From an uncultured Actinomycetota bacterium (lineage in GTDB: Bacteria; Actinomycetota; Actinomycetes; Propionibacteriales; Propionibacteriaceae), in contig CAVSEZ010000002.1 in the NCBI GenBank assembly GCA_963727125.1, positions 133,281 to 197,280 of the forward strand: a DNA stretch of 64,000 nt, written 5' to 3'. This document shows positions 1-11,264 of this stretch, piece by piece; position 1 is the stretch's first letter, and each line of letters starts with the position of its first letter. Both the position numbers and the translations under genes were made by a program. The notes under the pieces were generated by a model, which saw only the letters and a list, made by a program, of their open reading frames with translations, searched no databases and was not told the origin of the DNA.

Positions 1-214
1 GGCGTTCATGTGCGTCGAGCTGATGCTGAACGCCGCCAACCTGCTGCTGGTCACCTTCTCCCGCCTGCACGGCACGCTCGACGGCCAGGTCGCGGCCTTC
101 TTCGTCATGGTGGTGGCCGCGGCCGAGGTCGTGGTCGGACTCGCGATCATCGTGACGATCTTCCGGACCCGACGCTCGGCCTCGGTCGACGACGCGAACC
201 TGCTGAAGTTCTAG
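1..214 (+). CDS. nuoK: NADH-quinone oxidoreductase subunit K (5' partial)
   Basis: [13 protein letters not shown]...[13 protein letters not shown] motif; directly upstream of nuoL. Confidence 0.95.
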   Translation, partial: AFMCVELMLNAANLLLVTFSRLHGTLDGQVAAFFVMVVAAAEVVVGLAIIVTIFRTRRSASVDDANLLKF

Positions 215-274
215 GAGCAGGCAGTGATGAATCGTCGTCGTCCGAATCCCTCCTCACTCGCGAGAGCTCCGCCC

Positions 275-2200
275 ATGATCGGGCTCGAAGTCGTGACTCC
301 GGTAGCCGCCACGGGGGCCTTCTCGCTCGCCTGGCTGCTGATCGCCATCCCGGCGGTCAGCGCGCCGATCCTGCTGCTGGTCGGCAGGGCCGGCGACGCC
401 TGGGGTCACCTGCTCGGCACCCTCGCCCCGATCGCGTCGTTCGTCCATCGGCGCTGGTGCTGTTCGTCCAGCTGCTCGGCGCCGACGAGGCGAGCCGCTC
501 GGTGGGCGTACCGCTCTACTCCTGGATCCCCACCGGTGGTTGGGACATCACCGTCGGTCTGCTGATCGACCAGCTGTCGATCGTGTTCGTGCTGTTGATC
601 ACCGGTGTCGGGCAGCCTGATCCACGTCTACTCGATCGGCTACATGGCCCACGACGAGCGGCGGCGCCGGTTCTTCGCGTTCCTCAACCTGTTCATCGCC
701 GCCATGCTGCTGCTGGTGCTGGCCGACAACTACCTGGTCCTGTTCGTCGGCTGGGAGGGCGTCGGTCTCGCCTCGTACCTGCTGATCGGCTTCTGGCAGC
801 ACAAGCCGAGCGCGGCCACGGCGGCCAAGAAGGCGTTCGTGGTCAACCGGGTCGGTGACCTCGGCATGTCGATCGCGATCATGCTGATGCTCGCCGCCTT
901 CGGCTCGTCGGCCTTCGTCGACGTCAACGCCGGCATGCCGGAGCTGGATCCGACCATCGCCACCGTGCTCGGCCTGCTGCTGCTGCTCGGCGCCTGCGGC
1001 AAGTCGGCCCAGGTGCCGCTGCAGTCCTGGTTGCTGGACGCCATGGAGGGCCCGACCCCGGTGTCGGCGCTGATCCACGCCGCGACCATGGTCACCGCCG
1101 GGGTCTACCTGGTCACCCGCTCCCACGCGGTCTTCGCCGAGACGCCGACCGCCAGCACGGCGGTGGTGGTCGTCGGTACCGTCACCCTGCTGGCCGGCGC
1201 CTGGATCGGCTGCGCCAAGGACGACATCAAGAAGGCGCTGGCCGGCTCGACCATGTCGCAGATCGGCTACATGATGCTGGCCGCCGGCATCGGTCCGGCG
1301 GGGTACGCGTTCGCGATCTTCCACCTGCTGACCCACGGCTTCTTCAAGGCGAACATGTTCCTCGGCGCCGGCTCGGTGATGCACGCGATGAACGACGACG
1401 TCAACATGCGGCACTACGGCGCGTTGAGCCGGGTCATGCCGATCACCTTCGTCACCTTCGCCGCCGGCTACCTGGCGATCATCGGCTTCCCGTTCTTCTC
1501 CGGCTACTACTCCAAGGACCACATCATCGAGGCCGCGTTCGAGCACAGCGCGCTGGTGGGGCTGCTCGCCATGCTCGGGGCCGGCATCACGGCGTTCTAC
1601 ATGACCCGGGTGATGCTGATGACCTTCCTCGGCGAGAAGCGCTGGCTTCAGGGTGTGCACCCGCACGAGTCGCCGCTGGTGATGACGGTGCCGCTGATCA
1701 TCCTCGGCGTCGGCTCGGTGTTCGGCGGTCTCGCGCTGAACAACTGGATCAGCGGCTGGCTCGACCCGGCAGTGGGCGGTGAGCACGCCGGCGAGGCGAC
1801 CGGCCTGCTGCACTTCAGCCTGGTCGGGGTCGCCACCTTGGTCGTCGTGGCCATCGGCGTCGGCATCGCCGTCCTGGTCTTCGGTCCGCGCAAGCAGATC
1901 CCGGTCACCCAGCCCGCCAGCCGGTCGCCCTTCACCCTGGCCGGGCGCAACGACCTGTACGGCGACGCCTTCAACGAGGCGGTGTTCATGCGACCCGGTC
2001 AGCAGCTGACCAGCGGACTGGTGCGGCTCGACGACAACACGCTCGACGCAGGAGTGGTCGACGGCACCGCCACGGTGATCTCCGACGTGTCCGCCCGGGT
2101 CCGCCGGGTCCAGAACGGCTTCGTCCGCACCTACGCGGCCACGATGGTCGTCGGAGCCGCGGTCGTCGGCGTGGTCCTGATCCTCGGCCGGCTGGGGTGA
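275..2200 (+). CDS. nuoL: NADH-quinone oxidoreductase subunit L (apparent frameshifts near 450 and 610)
   Basis: Three consecutive frames rebuild NuoL (AWLLIAIP..., [27 protein letters not shown]...[32 protein letters not shown]); start uncertain (ATG 227 or 275). Confidence 0.93.
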
Positions 2201-2204
2201 ACCG

Positions 2205-3776
2205 ATGACGATTCCCTGGTTGAGCATCCTCGCCCTGCTGCCGCTGCTCGGCGCGGCGGCGCTGATCGTGGTCAAGGGCAACGCGGCCAAGCAGCTGGCG
2301 CTGGCGGTGTCGATCGTCACCTTGGTGGTCTCGATCGTGGTGGCGTTCAGCTACCGGCCCGGTGCCGGGATGCAGTTCACCGAGCAGGTGACCTGGATCC
2401 GGCCGCTCGGCGCCTACTACGCGCTCGGTCTGGACGGCATCGGGCTGACCCTGGTGCTGCTGGTCGCCGTCGTCACCCCGGTGGTGATCATCGCCAGCTG
2501 GCACGACGTCGACCCCGGTACCGATCTCGGCTTCGGGACGACGCGGATCGCGATCCCGGCGGCCCCGGCCCCCAAGTACGACGCGCGGGTCTTCTTCGCC
2601 CTGGTGCTGGCGGTGGAGAGCTGTGCGATGTTCCTCTTCCTGGCCACCGACGTGTTCTTGTTCTACGTGTTCTTCGAAGTCATCCTGATCCCGATGTACT
2701 TCCTGATCGGCGGCTTCGGCGGGCCCCGGCGGGCGTACGCGGCGAGCAAGTTCTTGATCTTCGGTCTGCTCGGCGGCTTCGTCATGCTGGCCTCGGTGAT
2801 CGGCCTGTACGTGCTGTCGGCCCGCACCGGTGCGGCGAGCTACCTGCTGTCCGACCTGACCACCCTGAGCATCGACACCGACACCGGTCGCTGGTTGTTC
2901 GTCGGCTTCATGTTCGCGTTCGCGATCAAGGCGCCGCTGGTCCCGTTGCACACCTGGCTGCCGGACGCGGCGGAGGAGTCCAGTCCCGGTGGCGCGACCA
3001 TGATGGTCGGCGTGATGGACAAGATCGGCACCTTCGGGATGATCCGGTTCTGTCTGGGGCTGTTCCCGGAGGCCAGCCGGTGGGCCACCCCGGTCGTCAT
3101 CGTGCTCGCGGTGATCTCGATCATCTACGGCGCGATCCTGGCCATCGGCAGCCGCGACCTGATGCGGCTGATCGCGTACACCTCGATCAGCCACTTCGGC
3201 TTCATCGTGCTGGGCATCTTCGCGTTCACGACCCAGAGCCTGGTGGGCTCGACGCTGTACATGCTGAACCACGGGCTGTCGACCGCCGCCCTGTTCCTGG
3301 TGGCCGGCTACCTGATCAAGCGCCGCGGCTCGCGCGACGTGGCCGACTTCGGCGGGGTGCAGAAGGTGGCCCCGGTGCTGGCCGGCCTGCTGCTGTTCGC
3401 CGGGCTGTCGACGTTGTCGCTGCCGGGCCTGTCCAGCTTCGTCTCCGAGTTCATGGTGCTGGCCGGCACCTTCGCCCGCTACCCGGCCGCAGCGGCGGTC
3501 TCGACGCTGGCCATCGTGCTGGCCGCGCTCTACATCTTGATCATGTACCAGCGGACGATGACCGGTCCGGTGACGCCGGCGGTGGAGAACACCGTGCGGA
3601 CCGACCTGAATGTGCGGGAGAGGGTGGCGATGGCCCCGCTGGTGGTGTTGATCCTGGTGCTCGGCCTGTTCCCGAGGCCGATGCTGGACCTCATCGACCC
3701 GGCGGTCCAGGCCACCATGCAGCGGGTCGGGGTCACTGATCCGCAACCCGCCGTGACCGTGGAGGGAGGCCGCTGA
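2205..3776 (+). CDS. nuoM: NADH-quinone oxidoreductase subunit M
   Basis: FYVFFEVILIPMYFLIG, AFAIKAPLVPLHTWLPDA, LSLPGLSSFVSEF motifs. Confidence 0.96.
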   Translation: MTIPWLSILALLPLLGAAALIVVKGNAAKQLALAVSIVTLVVSIVVAFSYRPGAGMQFTEQVTWIRPLGAYYALGLDGIGLTLVLLVAVVTPVVIIASWHDVDPGTDLGFGTTRIAIPAAPAPKYDARVFFALVLAVESCAMFLFLATDVFLFYVFFEVILIPMYFLIGGFGGPRRAYAASKFLIFGLLGGFVMLASVIGLYVLSARTGAASYLLSDLTTLSIDTDTGRWLFVGFMFAFAIKAPLVPLHTWLPDAAEESSPGGATMMVGVMDKIGTFGMIRFCLGLFPEASRWATPVVIVLAVISIIYGAILAIGSRDLMRLIAYTSISHFGFIVLGIFAFTTQSLVGSTLYMLNHGLSTAALFLVAGYLIKRRGSRDVADFGGVQKVAPVLAGLLLFAGLSTLSLPGLSSFVSEFMVLAGTFARYPAAAAVSTLAIVLAALYILIMYQRTMTGPVTPAVENTVRTDLNVRERVAMAPLVVLILVLGLFPRPMLDLIDPAVQATMQRVGVTDPQPAVTVEGGR

Positions 3777-5356
3777 TGACCGTGTTGGAGATCACCGCGC
3801 CGCAGATCAAGTACGACCTGCTGCTGCCGTTCCTGTTGATCTTCGGCGGCGCCTGTGTCGGCGTGCTGCTGGAAGCGGCCCTGCCGCGGTCGTACCGGCT
3901 GGTGGCGCAGCTCGCCGTCACGTTCGCCGCGATCCTCGGCGGTCTGTTCCTCACCGTCCGGCTCTGGCTGAACGGCTGGACCGGGCTGACCGGCGTCGGC
4001 TCGCTCGCCATCGACAGGCCGACCTAGTTCATGTGGGGACTCCTGCTGGTCTTCGGCGCCATCTCGTTCCTGCTGTTCGCCGACCGGGTGTCGGAGAACG
4101 GTCGGCAGCGCGTTCGCTCCCCAGGCCGCCGCGGTGCCCGGCACCGCGGCCGAGCAGGAGGCCATGCGGGCCGGCGTCGAGCACACCGAGGTGTTCCCGC
4201 TCGGCGATGTTCGCCCTCTCCGGCATGATGCTCTTCGCGGCCGCCTCGGACCTGATCACGATGTTCATCGCGCTGGAGATCTTGTCGCTGCCGCTCTACC
4301 TGCTCTGTGGCCTGGCCCGCCGCCGGCGGCTGCTGTGCCAGGAGGCGGCGCTGAAGTACTTCCTGCTCGGGGCGCTGTCGTCGGCCATCTTCTTGTACGG
4401 CGCCGCGTTGCTGTACGGGTACGCCGGCTCCTTCGACCTGTCCGCCATCGACACCGCGATCCGCACCGGTACCGCGCCGACCGGCTGGCTGCTCGCCGGG
4501 ATGGGTCTGCTCGGGGTCGGGCTTGCTGTTCAAGTTCGGTGCGGTGCCGTTCCACTCCTGGACCCCGGACGTGTACGCCGGGGCCCCGACGCCGGTGACC
4601 GCCTTCATGGCCGCCTGCACCAAGATCGCGGCGCTCGGCGCGCTGATGCGGGTGTTCTACGTCGGGCTCGGCGCGGATCGCTGGGACTGGCAGCCGCTGA
4701 TGGCGATCCTCGCGGTGGCCACCATGGCCGTCGGGTCGGTCCTGGCCATCACCCAGACCGACGTGAAGCGGATGCTGGCGTACTCCTCGATCGCGCACGC
4801 GGGCTTCCTGATGACCGCCTTCGTGGGGGCCGCCCAGGCAGGCACGGGGAACCCGGCCGGTGCCCTGACCAGCATCTCGTCGGTGATGTTCTACCTGGTG
4901 GCCTACGGGGCCGCGACGCTCGGCGCCTTCGCCGTCGTGACCCTGGTCCGGGACCCGAGCGGTGAGGCGACCTTGCTGACCAGCTGGGTCGGGCTCGGCA
5001 AACGGTCGCCGGCGGCGGGACTGGTGTTCTCGATCTTCTTGCTGAGCTTCGCCGGCATCCCGCTGACCAGCGGCTTCATCGGCAAGTGGGCGGTGTTCGT
5101 GGCCGCCTGGAACGGCGGCCAGGAGTGGCTGGTGGCGGTCGCGGTGGTGATCAGCGTGGTGGCTGCGTTCTTCTACATCCGGGTCATCGTGTTGATGTTC
5201 TTCTCCGAGCCCGCCGCCGGCCCGATCTCGGTGATCAAGCCCGGCTGGACCACGCTCGCCGCGGTCGGAGTTGCTGTGGTCGCTACTGTGGCTCTGGGCG
5301 TGTTTCCGGGCCCCGTGCTCGACTTGGCGCAGCAGGCCGGCGAGTTCGTCCGTTGA
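3776..5356 (+). CDS. nuoN: NADH-quinone oxidoreductase subunit N (in-frame TAG at 4025-4027 and frameshifts near 4100, 4205, 4523)
   Basis: EAALKYFLLGA, FKFGAVPFHSWTPDVY, KRMLAYSSIAHAG, LSFAGIPLTSGFIGK spread over consecutive frames; TGATG overlap with nuoM. Confidence 0.92.
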
Positions 5357-5374
5357 CGAGCGAACGAGGAGAAG

Positions 5375-6356
5375 GTGCTGGCCGAACAGGCGCGGGAGGA
5401 GGGTCTCGACGCAGTCCGTGCGTGCCCGCCTCGACGTGATCGAGGAGGCGCTGCTGGCGGCTGCTCGGGCGGAGAGCCCACTGGTCACCGAGGCCGCGCG
5501 CCACATCATCTCCGCCGGTGGGAAGCGGTTCCGACCGCTGCTGGTCGTGCTGTCCTCGGAGTTCGGGGACTCACCGGTACGTGAGGACGACGTGGTTCGG
5601 GCCGCCGTCGTGGTCGAGCTCACCCACGTCGCGAGCCTGTACCACGACGACGTGATGGACGAGGCGCAACTGCGTCGCGGATCGGCGAGCGCCAACGTCC
5701 GGTGGGGAAACACCATCGCGATCCTGGTCGGAGACCTTCTTTTCGCCCGTGCCTCCGACGAGGTGGCCGAGCTCGGTCCCGATTTCGTCCGGATCCAGGC
5801 CCGGACGTTCTCCCGGCTGGTGCAGGGGCAGATCGCCGAGACGGTCGGCCCGCAGGGCGCAGACCCGCTCGAGCACTACCTGCGGGTGGTGGCCGACAAG
5901 ACCGGATCGCTGATCGCCACCTCCGCGGTGTTCGGGGCGAAGATCGCCGGCGCCGACGCACGGGCGCAGGCGGCCCTGGCGGCGTTCGGTGAGGAGATCG
6001 GCATCGTGTTCCAGCTCAGCGACGACATCATCGACATCACCAGCGACGACACCGGCAAGACCCCCGGCACCGACCTCCGCGAGGGCATCCCGACGCTGCC
6101 GACCTTGCTCGCCCGGCGATCCACCGATCCCGCCGACGCCCGGCTGCTCGAGCTGCTCGACTCCGATCTGCACGGCGACGACGCGCTGGCGGAGGTGCTG
6201 GCGCTGCTGCGGCGGCATCCCTCCATCGACGAGGCGCGGGCCGTGGTACGGCGCCGGGCCGAACGGGCGCGCACGCTGCTGCGGGACCTGCCCGACGTCG
6301 CGGCCCGGGCCGCCCTCGAAGAGCTCTGCGACACCGTGGTCACGCGCACGTCCTGA
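5375..6356 (+). CDS. Polyprenyl diphosphate synthase (probable frameshift near 5420)
   Basis: GGKRFRP, HDDVMD (first aspartate-rich motif), FQLSDDIID (second), KTPGTDLREG; GTG at 5375 follows an AGGAGAAG RBS but is in a different frame for the first ~15 codons. Confidence 0.9.
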
Positions 6357-6480
6357 CTTAAATAGAGTCGGCTCGCGCTCGCTCCGCGCCTCAAGACTCG
6401 GTCCTTCCCCAGACCGAGCCGGCGCTCCGCTTACCGACGCTCGCCGACGAGTCGGCTCCCTCGCCGACGACCCGACCTTC

Positions 6481-7590
6481 CTAGAGGCGGCCCAGGGGGA
6501 CCCGGCGGTCGGTGCCGGTGAGGCGGATCTGGCCGTCGTAGCCGCCCAATACCCAGATCGAGTTCCCGACGAGGCTGACCGTCGAGAAGGAGGCGGCCAC
6601 GTCGGTCAGGTCGCTGGCCAGCCGGCTGCGCCGCTGTCCGACGTCGACGACTTCGACGCCCGGGCCGCTGCCGGCGATCACCACCCGGCCGTCGGGTAGC
6701 GCGACCGCGCCGTCGCTCAACTTGTACCGACCCCCGAGCAGCGACGGCCCGGGCCGGAACCTCTCGGTCGACGGGTCGAACACCTCAGTGCTGGTCAGCA
6801 GCTCCACGTCGTCGCTGGTACCGCCGAGCAGCAGCACCTCCTCGCCGGTGAGCACGACGGCGGCGTGCTTGAAGCGGGGTGTCCCGAGCGACGAGGCGAG
6901 CGGGTGACCGCTGCCGTCGGGACGGACCCGGAACGCCACCCCGCTCGCGACGGCTCCGTCGCGCTGCCCCCCGACGACCAGGACGTCCCCGCCCGGCAAC
7001 GGGGAAGCCGTCAGACTCATCACCGCAGCCGGCAGCTCCGGCCCGGCGCTGAACCGCCCGGTACGGGGGTCGTACAGCTCGGTGGTCGCGGTCAACCGGC
7101 CGGAGGCGACCCAGCCGCCGGCGATCAGGACCCGCCCGTCGCCCAACCGGGCCGCTGCGTGCCCGCCGCGCGGCGTGGTGAGCGATCCCGTGCGTTGCCA
7201 CCGGTCCAGCCGCGGGTCGAAGATCTCGGCCGTGGCCAGAGCCGGCCGGCCCTCGCCCTCGAATCCGCCCACCACCAGCACCCGACCGTCATCGAGCAAC
7301 GTCGCCGTGTGCGCGTCGCGCGGCGTGCCGAGGGCAGCCACGACGCGAGCGCCGGAGGCCGTCAGCAGCGCCGCGGAGGCGGTGGCGGTGCCGCAGCCGT
7401 CCTCGATGCAGCCACCGGCGATCAGGGCCGTACCGTCACCCATCGCCGTCGCGGTGTGTGCCGCCCGATCGGCCAGCAGCGGGTCGGCCACCGGCGAGGG
7501 GATCGGGTCGCGGTCCGCCGCCGAGCAGCTGGTCAGCCCGAGCAGCAACCCCGTCGCGATGACGGCGAAGCCGGCCCAACGTCTGCGCAC
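6481..7590 (-). CDS. Kelch-repeat beta-propeller lipoprotein
   Basis: Signal peptide with lipobox LTSC; repeated R-x-x-H-T/A-A...DGRVL(V/I)xGG...E(I/L)(F/Y)DP units. Confidence 0.85.
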   Translation of the reverse strand: MRRRWAGFAVIATGLLLGLTSCSAADRDPIPSPVADPLLADRAAHTATAMGDGTALIAGGCIEDGCGTATASAALLTASGARVVAALGTPRDAHTATLLDDGRVLVVGGFEGEGRPALATAEIFDPRLDRWQRTGSLTTPRGGHAAARLGDGRVLIAGGWVASGRLTATTELYDPRTGRFSAGPELPAAVMSLTASPLPGGDVLVVGGQRDGAVASGVAFRVRPDGSGHPLASSLGTPRFKHAAVVLTGEEVLLLGGTSDDVELLTSTEVFDPSTERFRPGPSLLGGRYKLSDGAVALPDGRVVIAGSGPGVEVVDVGQRRSRLASDLTDVAASFSTVSLVGNSIWVLGGYDGQIRLTGTDRRVPLGRL

Positions 7591-7632
7591 GTCACGAACC
7601 TATGCCCGCCGGCGAGGGCGGACCCTGACTGA

Positions 7633-9624
7633 TCACCAGATCTTGACCCGCTCGGAGGCGGCGAGCCAGAGCTCGTCGTCCTCGGTGACGTCGAAGGCGT
7701 CGTAGAAGGCCGGCAGGTTCCGGACGATCTGGTTGCAGCGGAACTCCGGCGGTGAGTGCGGATCGGTCGCCAGCCGCTGCCGGACGAGCTCGGGCCGCGA
7801 CTTCGACTGCCACAGGGCCGCCCAGGCGAAGAACAGTCGCTGCTCGTCGGTGTAGCCGTCGATCGGCTCGGGGGCACGGTCGCCGCGGGCGATCCGGTAG
7901 GCCTCCAGGGCGATCGACAACCCGCCCAGATCGCCGATGTTCTCCCCGATGGTCAGCTCGCCGTTGACGTGCTGGCCCGGGGTCTCGGCCGGCTGCAGGA
8001 CGTTGTACTGGCCGATCAGCGCCGACGTCCGCTGCTCGAACGCGGTCCGGTCGTCCTCGGTCCACCAGTCGCGCAGCGCGCCGTCCCCGTCGCAGGTCGA
8101 ACCCTGGTCGTCGAAGCCGTGTCCGATCTCGTGCCCGATGACCGAACCGATCCCGCCGTAGTTCACCGCGTCGTCGGCGTGCTCGTTGAAGAACGGCGGC
8201 TGCAGGATGGCGGCCGGGAAGACGATCTCGTTCTTCAGCGGGTGGTAGTAGGCGTTCACCGTCTGCGGTGTCATCAGCCACTCTTCGCGATCGACCGGCT
8301 GCCCGATCTTGTGCAGGGATCGATCGAGCTCGAAGGAGGCCGCGCGGAGCACGTTCCCGATCAGGTCGTCGGGGGTGATCGTCAGCGCGGAGTAGTCGCG
8401 CCACTTCGTCGGATAGCCGATGTGGGGACGGAACTTCGCGAGCTTCGTCAGTGCCTCGGCCTTGGTCGACTCGGTCATCCAGTCCAACCCGGTGATCGAG
8501 CGGCGGTAGGCCTCGATCAGGTTCGCGACGAGATCGTCCATCCGCTGCTTCGCGACGGGGGAGAAGTGCCGCTCGACGTAGATCCGGCCGACCGCCTCGC
8601 CCAGCACCCCCTCGACGAGCGCGACGCCGCGCTTCCAACGCTCCTTGAGCTGCGGGGTGCCCATCAGGGTCGTGCCGTAGAAGCGGAAATTCTCCGCGAC
8701 CAGCGGTTGCGACAGGTACGGAGCGAGGCTGGAGACGACCCGCCACCGGGCCCAGGCCTGCCAGGCGGACAGCCGGGCGGGGGTGATCAAGGTCCCGACC
8801 TCGGCGCAGAAGGACGGCTGGGCGACCACGAGGTCGGCCATGACCCGCTCGTCGATGTCGGCTCCGGTCATGAACCGACGCCAGTGCAGCGCCGGAGCGG
8901 TGGCCTCGAACGTGGCGAGGTCCATCGGGTTGTACATCAACCGCATGTCCCGGCACTTCACTTTGTCCCAGTGGTGGGCGGCGATGTCGGTCTCGAGCTC
9001 GAACACCATCCGGGCCGAGGTCGCCGGATGGTCGACGTCGGCCAGCTCGAGCATCTTCGCGATGTGCTCGACGTAGGCCTCGCGCAGCTCGGCGTAGTCG
9101 TCGAGCCGGTAGTACTCCTCGTCGGGCAGACCCAGCCCGCCCTGGCCGACGAACATGACGTACCGGTTGGGATCGCCGGGGTCGGACTCGGCCTCGATCC
9201 CGATCAGGCCCGACACCCCGGCCCGGGCGAAGCCGCCGAGCAGCTCCATCAGATCGGCTGGGGTGGTGACGGCATCGACGCGGGCCAGCAGCGGCGTCAA
9301 GGGCTCGGCGCCGAGCTGCTCGATCCGTTCGGTGTCGGCGAAGCTGGCGTACAGGGCGGCGATCTTGGCCTGCTCGCTCCCGGGCTCGGTGGCCGCGGGA
9401 TCGAGCTCGGTGATGATCTCGCGGACCGCTTCCTCGGCCGCGTCGCGCAACACCATGAAGGAGCCGGTGAGCGGCTTGTCGGCGGGGATCTCGGTGCGCT
9501 CGATCCAGCCTCCGTTGACGTGGCGGTACAGGTCGTCCTGCACGCGGATGTCGGGGGCGAAACCGGAGAAGTCGATGGCCGGTGCGGGCTCCGCCTGCTG
9601 GGGCGGCGTGGGAAGGTCGGTCAC
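7633..9624 (-). CDS. M13-family (neprilysin/PepO/Zmp1-like) zinc metallopeptidase
   Basis: VNAYY, HEIGH, ENIGD, DPHSP motifs. Confidence 0.95.
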   Translation of the reverse strand: MTDLPTPPQQAEPAPAIDFSGFAPDIRVQDDLYRHVNGGWIERTEIPADKPLTGSFMVLRDAAEEAVREIITELDPAATEPGSEQAKIAALYASFADTERIEQLGAEPLTPLLARVDAVTTPADLMELLGGFARAGVSGLIGIEAESDPGDPNRYVMFVGQGGLGLPDEEYYRLDDYAELREAYVEHIAKMLELADVDHPATSARMVFELETDIAAHHWDKVKCRDMRLMYNPMDLATFEATAPALHWRRFMTGADIDERVMADLVVAQPSFCAEVGTLITPARLSAWQAWARWRVVSSLAPYLSQPLVAENFRFYGTTLMGTPQLKERWKRGVALVEGVLGEAVGRIYVERHFSPVAKQRMDDLVANLIEAYRRSITGLDWMTESTKAEALTKLAKFRPHIGYPTKWRDYSALTITPDDLIGNVLRAASFELDRSLHKIGQPVDREEWLMTPQTVNAYYHPLKNEIVFPAAILQPPFFNEHADDAVNYGGIGSVIGHEIGHGFDDQGSTCDGDGALRDWWTEDDRTAFEQRTSALIGQYNVLQPAETPGQHVNGELTIGENIGDLGGLSIALEAYRIARGDRAPEPIDGYTDEQRLFFAWAALWQSKSRPELVRQRLATDPHSPPEFRCNQIVRNLPAFYDAFDVTEDDELWLAASERVKIW

Positions 9625-9704
9625 CCTGCGATGCTACTCAGCGCCCGGTGCCGGCTGTGGTGCTGGCACCGGGCGCCGACGATCCGGCCCGGTCGGGCGC
9701 TGGT

Positions 9705-11115
9705 TCAGCTGAACCAGGAGATCTTGAGCGGCTGCTGGACCATGTTCGCCCGCGGTTGCAGACTCCGGTAGGGGGTCAGCGTGCAGGTCCCACCCGGTGC
9801 GTCGCACTCACCCTCGGCCTGCAGGCCGAGTGAGATGTAGGCCGAGGCGATCGACGGGTTGCTGTAGTCGATCCGCGGCTGCATGTCCTCGAAGGCGCGC
9901 TCCCGGGTGGTGGCCTCCCACTTCAGCGTGCCGTCCTTGAACTTGTACGTCGAGTTGACCTTCGTGACGTTGTTCGGGCAGCCCGGGTTGGAGATCTTCT
10001 TGGACTTCAGGCAGTTGTCGAGGCTGTCCGACACCGCTTTGCTGAACGCCTTCGTGCCCTCGTCGGTCAACGTGGCCCGGAGATCGCTGAGGCCCCGCGG
10101 GTACTCCGAGGGGCTCTGGATCAGCAGCACGTTCTCCTCGCCCCAGTTGACGTAGTCCGATCCGGTGGTGAACTTGTACGCCCCGGGAAAGAGCCGGATC
10201 TTGCTGGACTTCGCCTGGACCCCGTTGATGATGGTCGGCAGGTTCTTCGAGCTGCGGAAGCTGAGGTCGATCTCGTTGACGGCGTCCCGCAGCTTCCACT
10301 GGTCGCCGGCCTTGGTGACGCTGAAGTTCTCGTTCACCGCCTGCTTGCCCAGCTTGAACGACGCCGCCACCTGGTAGGCGTACTCGTCGTCGACCTCGGG
10401 CACGTTGATGTCGGTGATCGGGGCCAGCTCGGCCGACGCCGCGAGGACCTCCTTGGTGAGGAACGTGGTGTCGGCGGGGGTGGTGTCGCCGAGGGCCAGC
10501 GCCGCCTCGGGGTTCCCGGCCGCCAACGCCTCCAGATAGCCGCGGACCGCGTCGGACGGCTTGGTCGCCACCGGGGGCGCGCTCGATTGGTTCGGGTCGT
10601 TGGTGGGACCGGTGCCGGCCGTCCGGGCCGCCCGGGTGAGCAGGATGCCGCCGGTGATGCCGGCTGCGATCAGGGCCAGCACCACGATGCCGACGATGAT
10701 CAGAACCTTCGGGAATCCCTTCTTGGGCTGCTGTCCCGGCGGCAACGGCGGCTGCCCCGGCCCCTGTCCCGGACCCTGCGGGCCACCCCCGTAGCCGGGA
10801 TAGGGCTGCGCCGGTGCACCGTAGGGCTGCTGCGGTGCACCGTAGGGCTGCGTAGCGTGCCGCACCGTAGGGCTGCTGCGGTGCACCGTACGGTTGCTGC
10901 GGACCGCCGGGTGCGCCGAAGCCACCGCCGGGCGGCGGCCCACTCGGGGTCGCCCCCGACGCCGGATAGCCGGGGTAGCTCGCCGGACCCGCCGGACCCT
11001 GGGGGCCGGCTGCCGGACCGCCCTGACCGGGTCCGGCGTACTGCGGCCCGCGCGGTTCGGATCCGAAGCCGTTCCCGTCACCGGACGGCTGGTCGGGTGG
11101 GTAGTTTCCGCTCAT
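9705..11115 (-). CDS. Membrane-anchored protein with Pro/Gln-rich N-terminus (frameshift inside the repeat tract near 10860)
   Basis: MSGNYPPDQP...PQQPYGA repeats in one frame continue as PQQPYGAPAQPY, a TM helix and an extracellular domain in another frame. Confidence 0.75.
10800..10900. repeat. About 21-bp coding tandem repeat (PQQPYGA)
   Basis: GCACCGTAGGGCTGC(TGCGGT) recurs about four times, with one corrupted copy. Confidence 0.75.
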
Positions 11116-11264
11116 CGAGCTCACGTTCTCCAAACTCGGGTACTGGTATGCGCCCAGGTGCTCCGGACGCGCGACACACTACCGACGAGAAAGGCCACGG
11201 AAGCGTCTCTGCTAAGAGATGAACTCCCGAACGCCGATTTCGTACGTGAATCGGCCGAAGTATC

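Noticed and set aside
4025-4027. In-frame TAG in nuoN as amber recoding or readthrough
   Set aside because: One substitution from TAC (Tyr), in an error-dense stretch; TAG is an ordinary stop for nuoK, korB and rplA, and no suppressor tRNA is present
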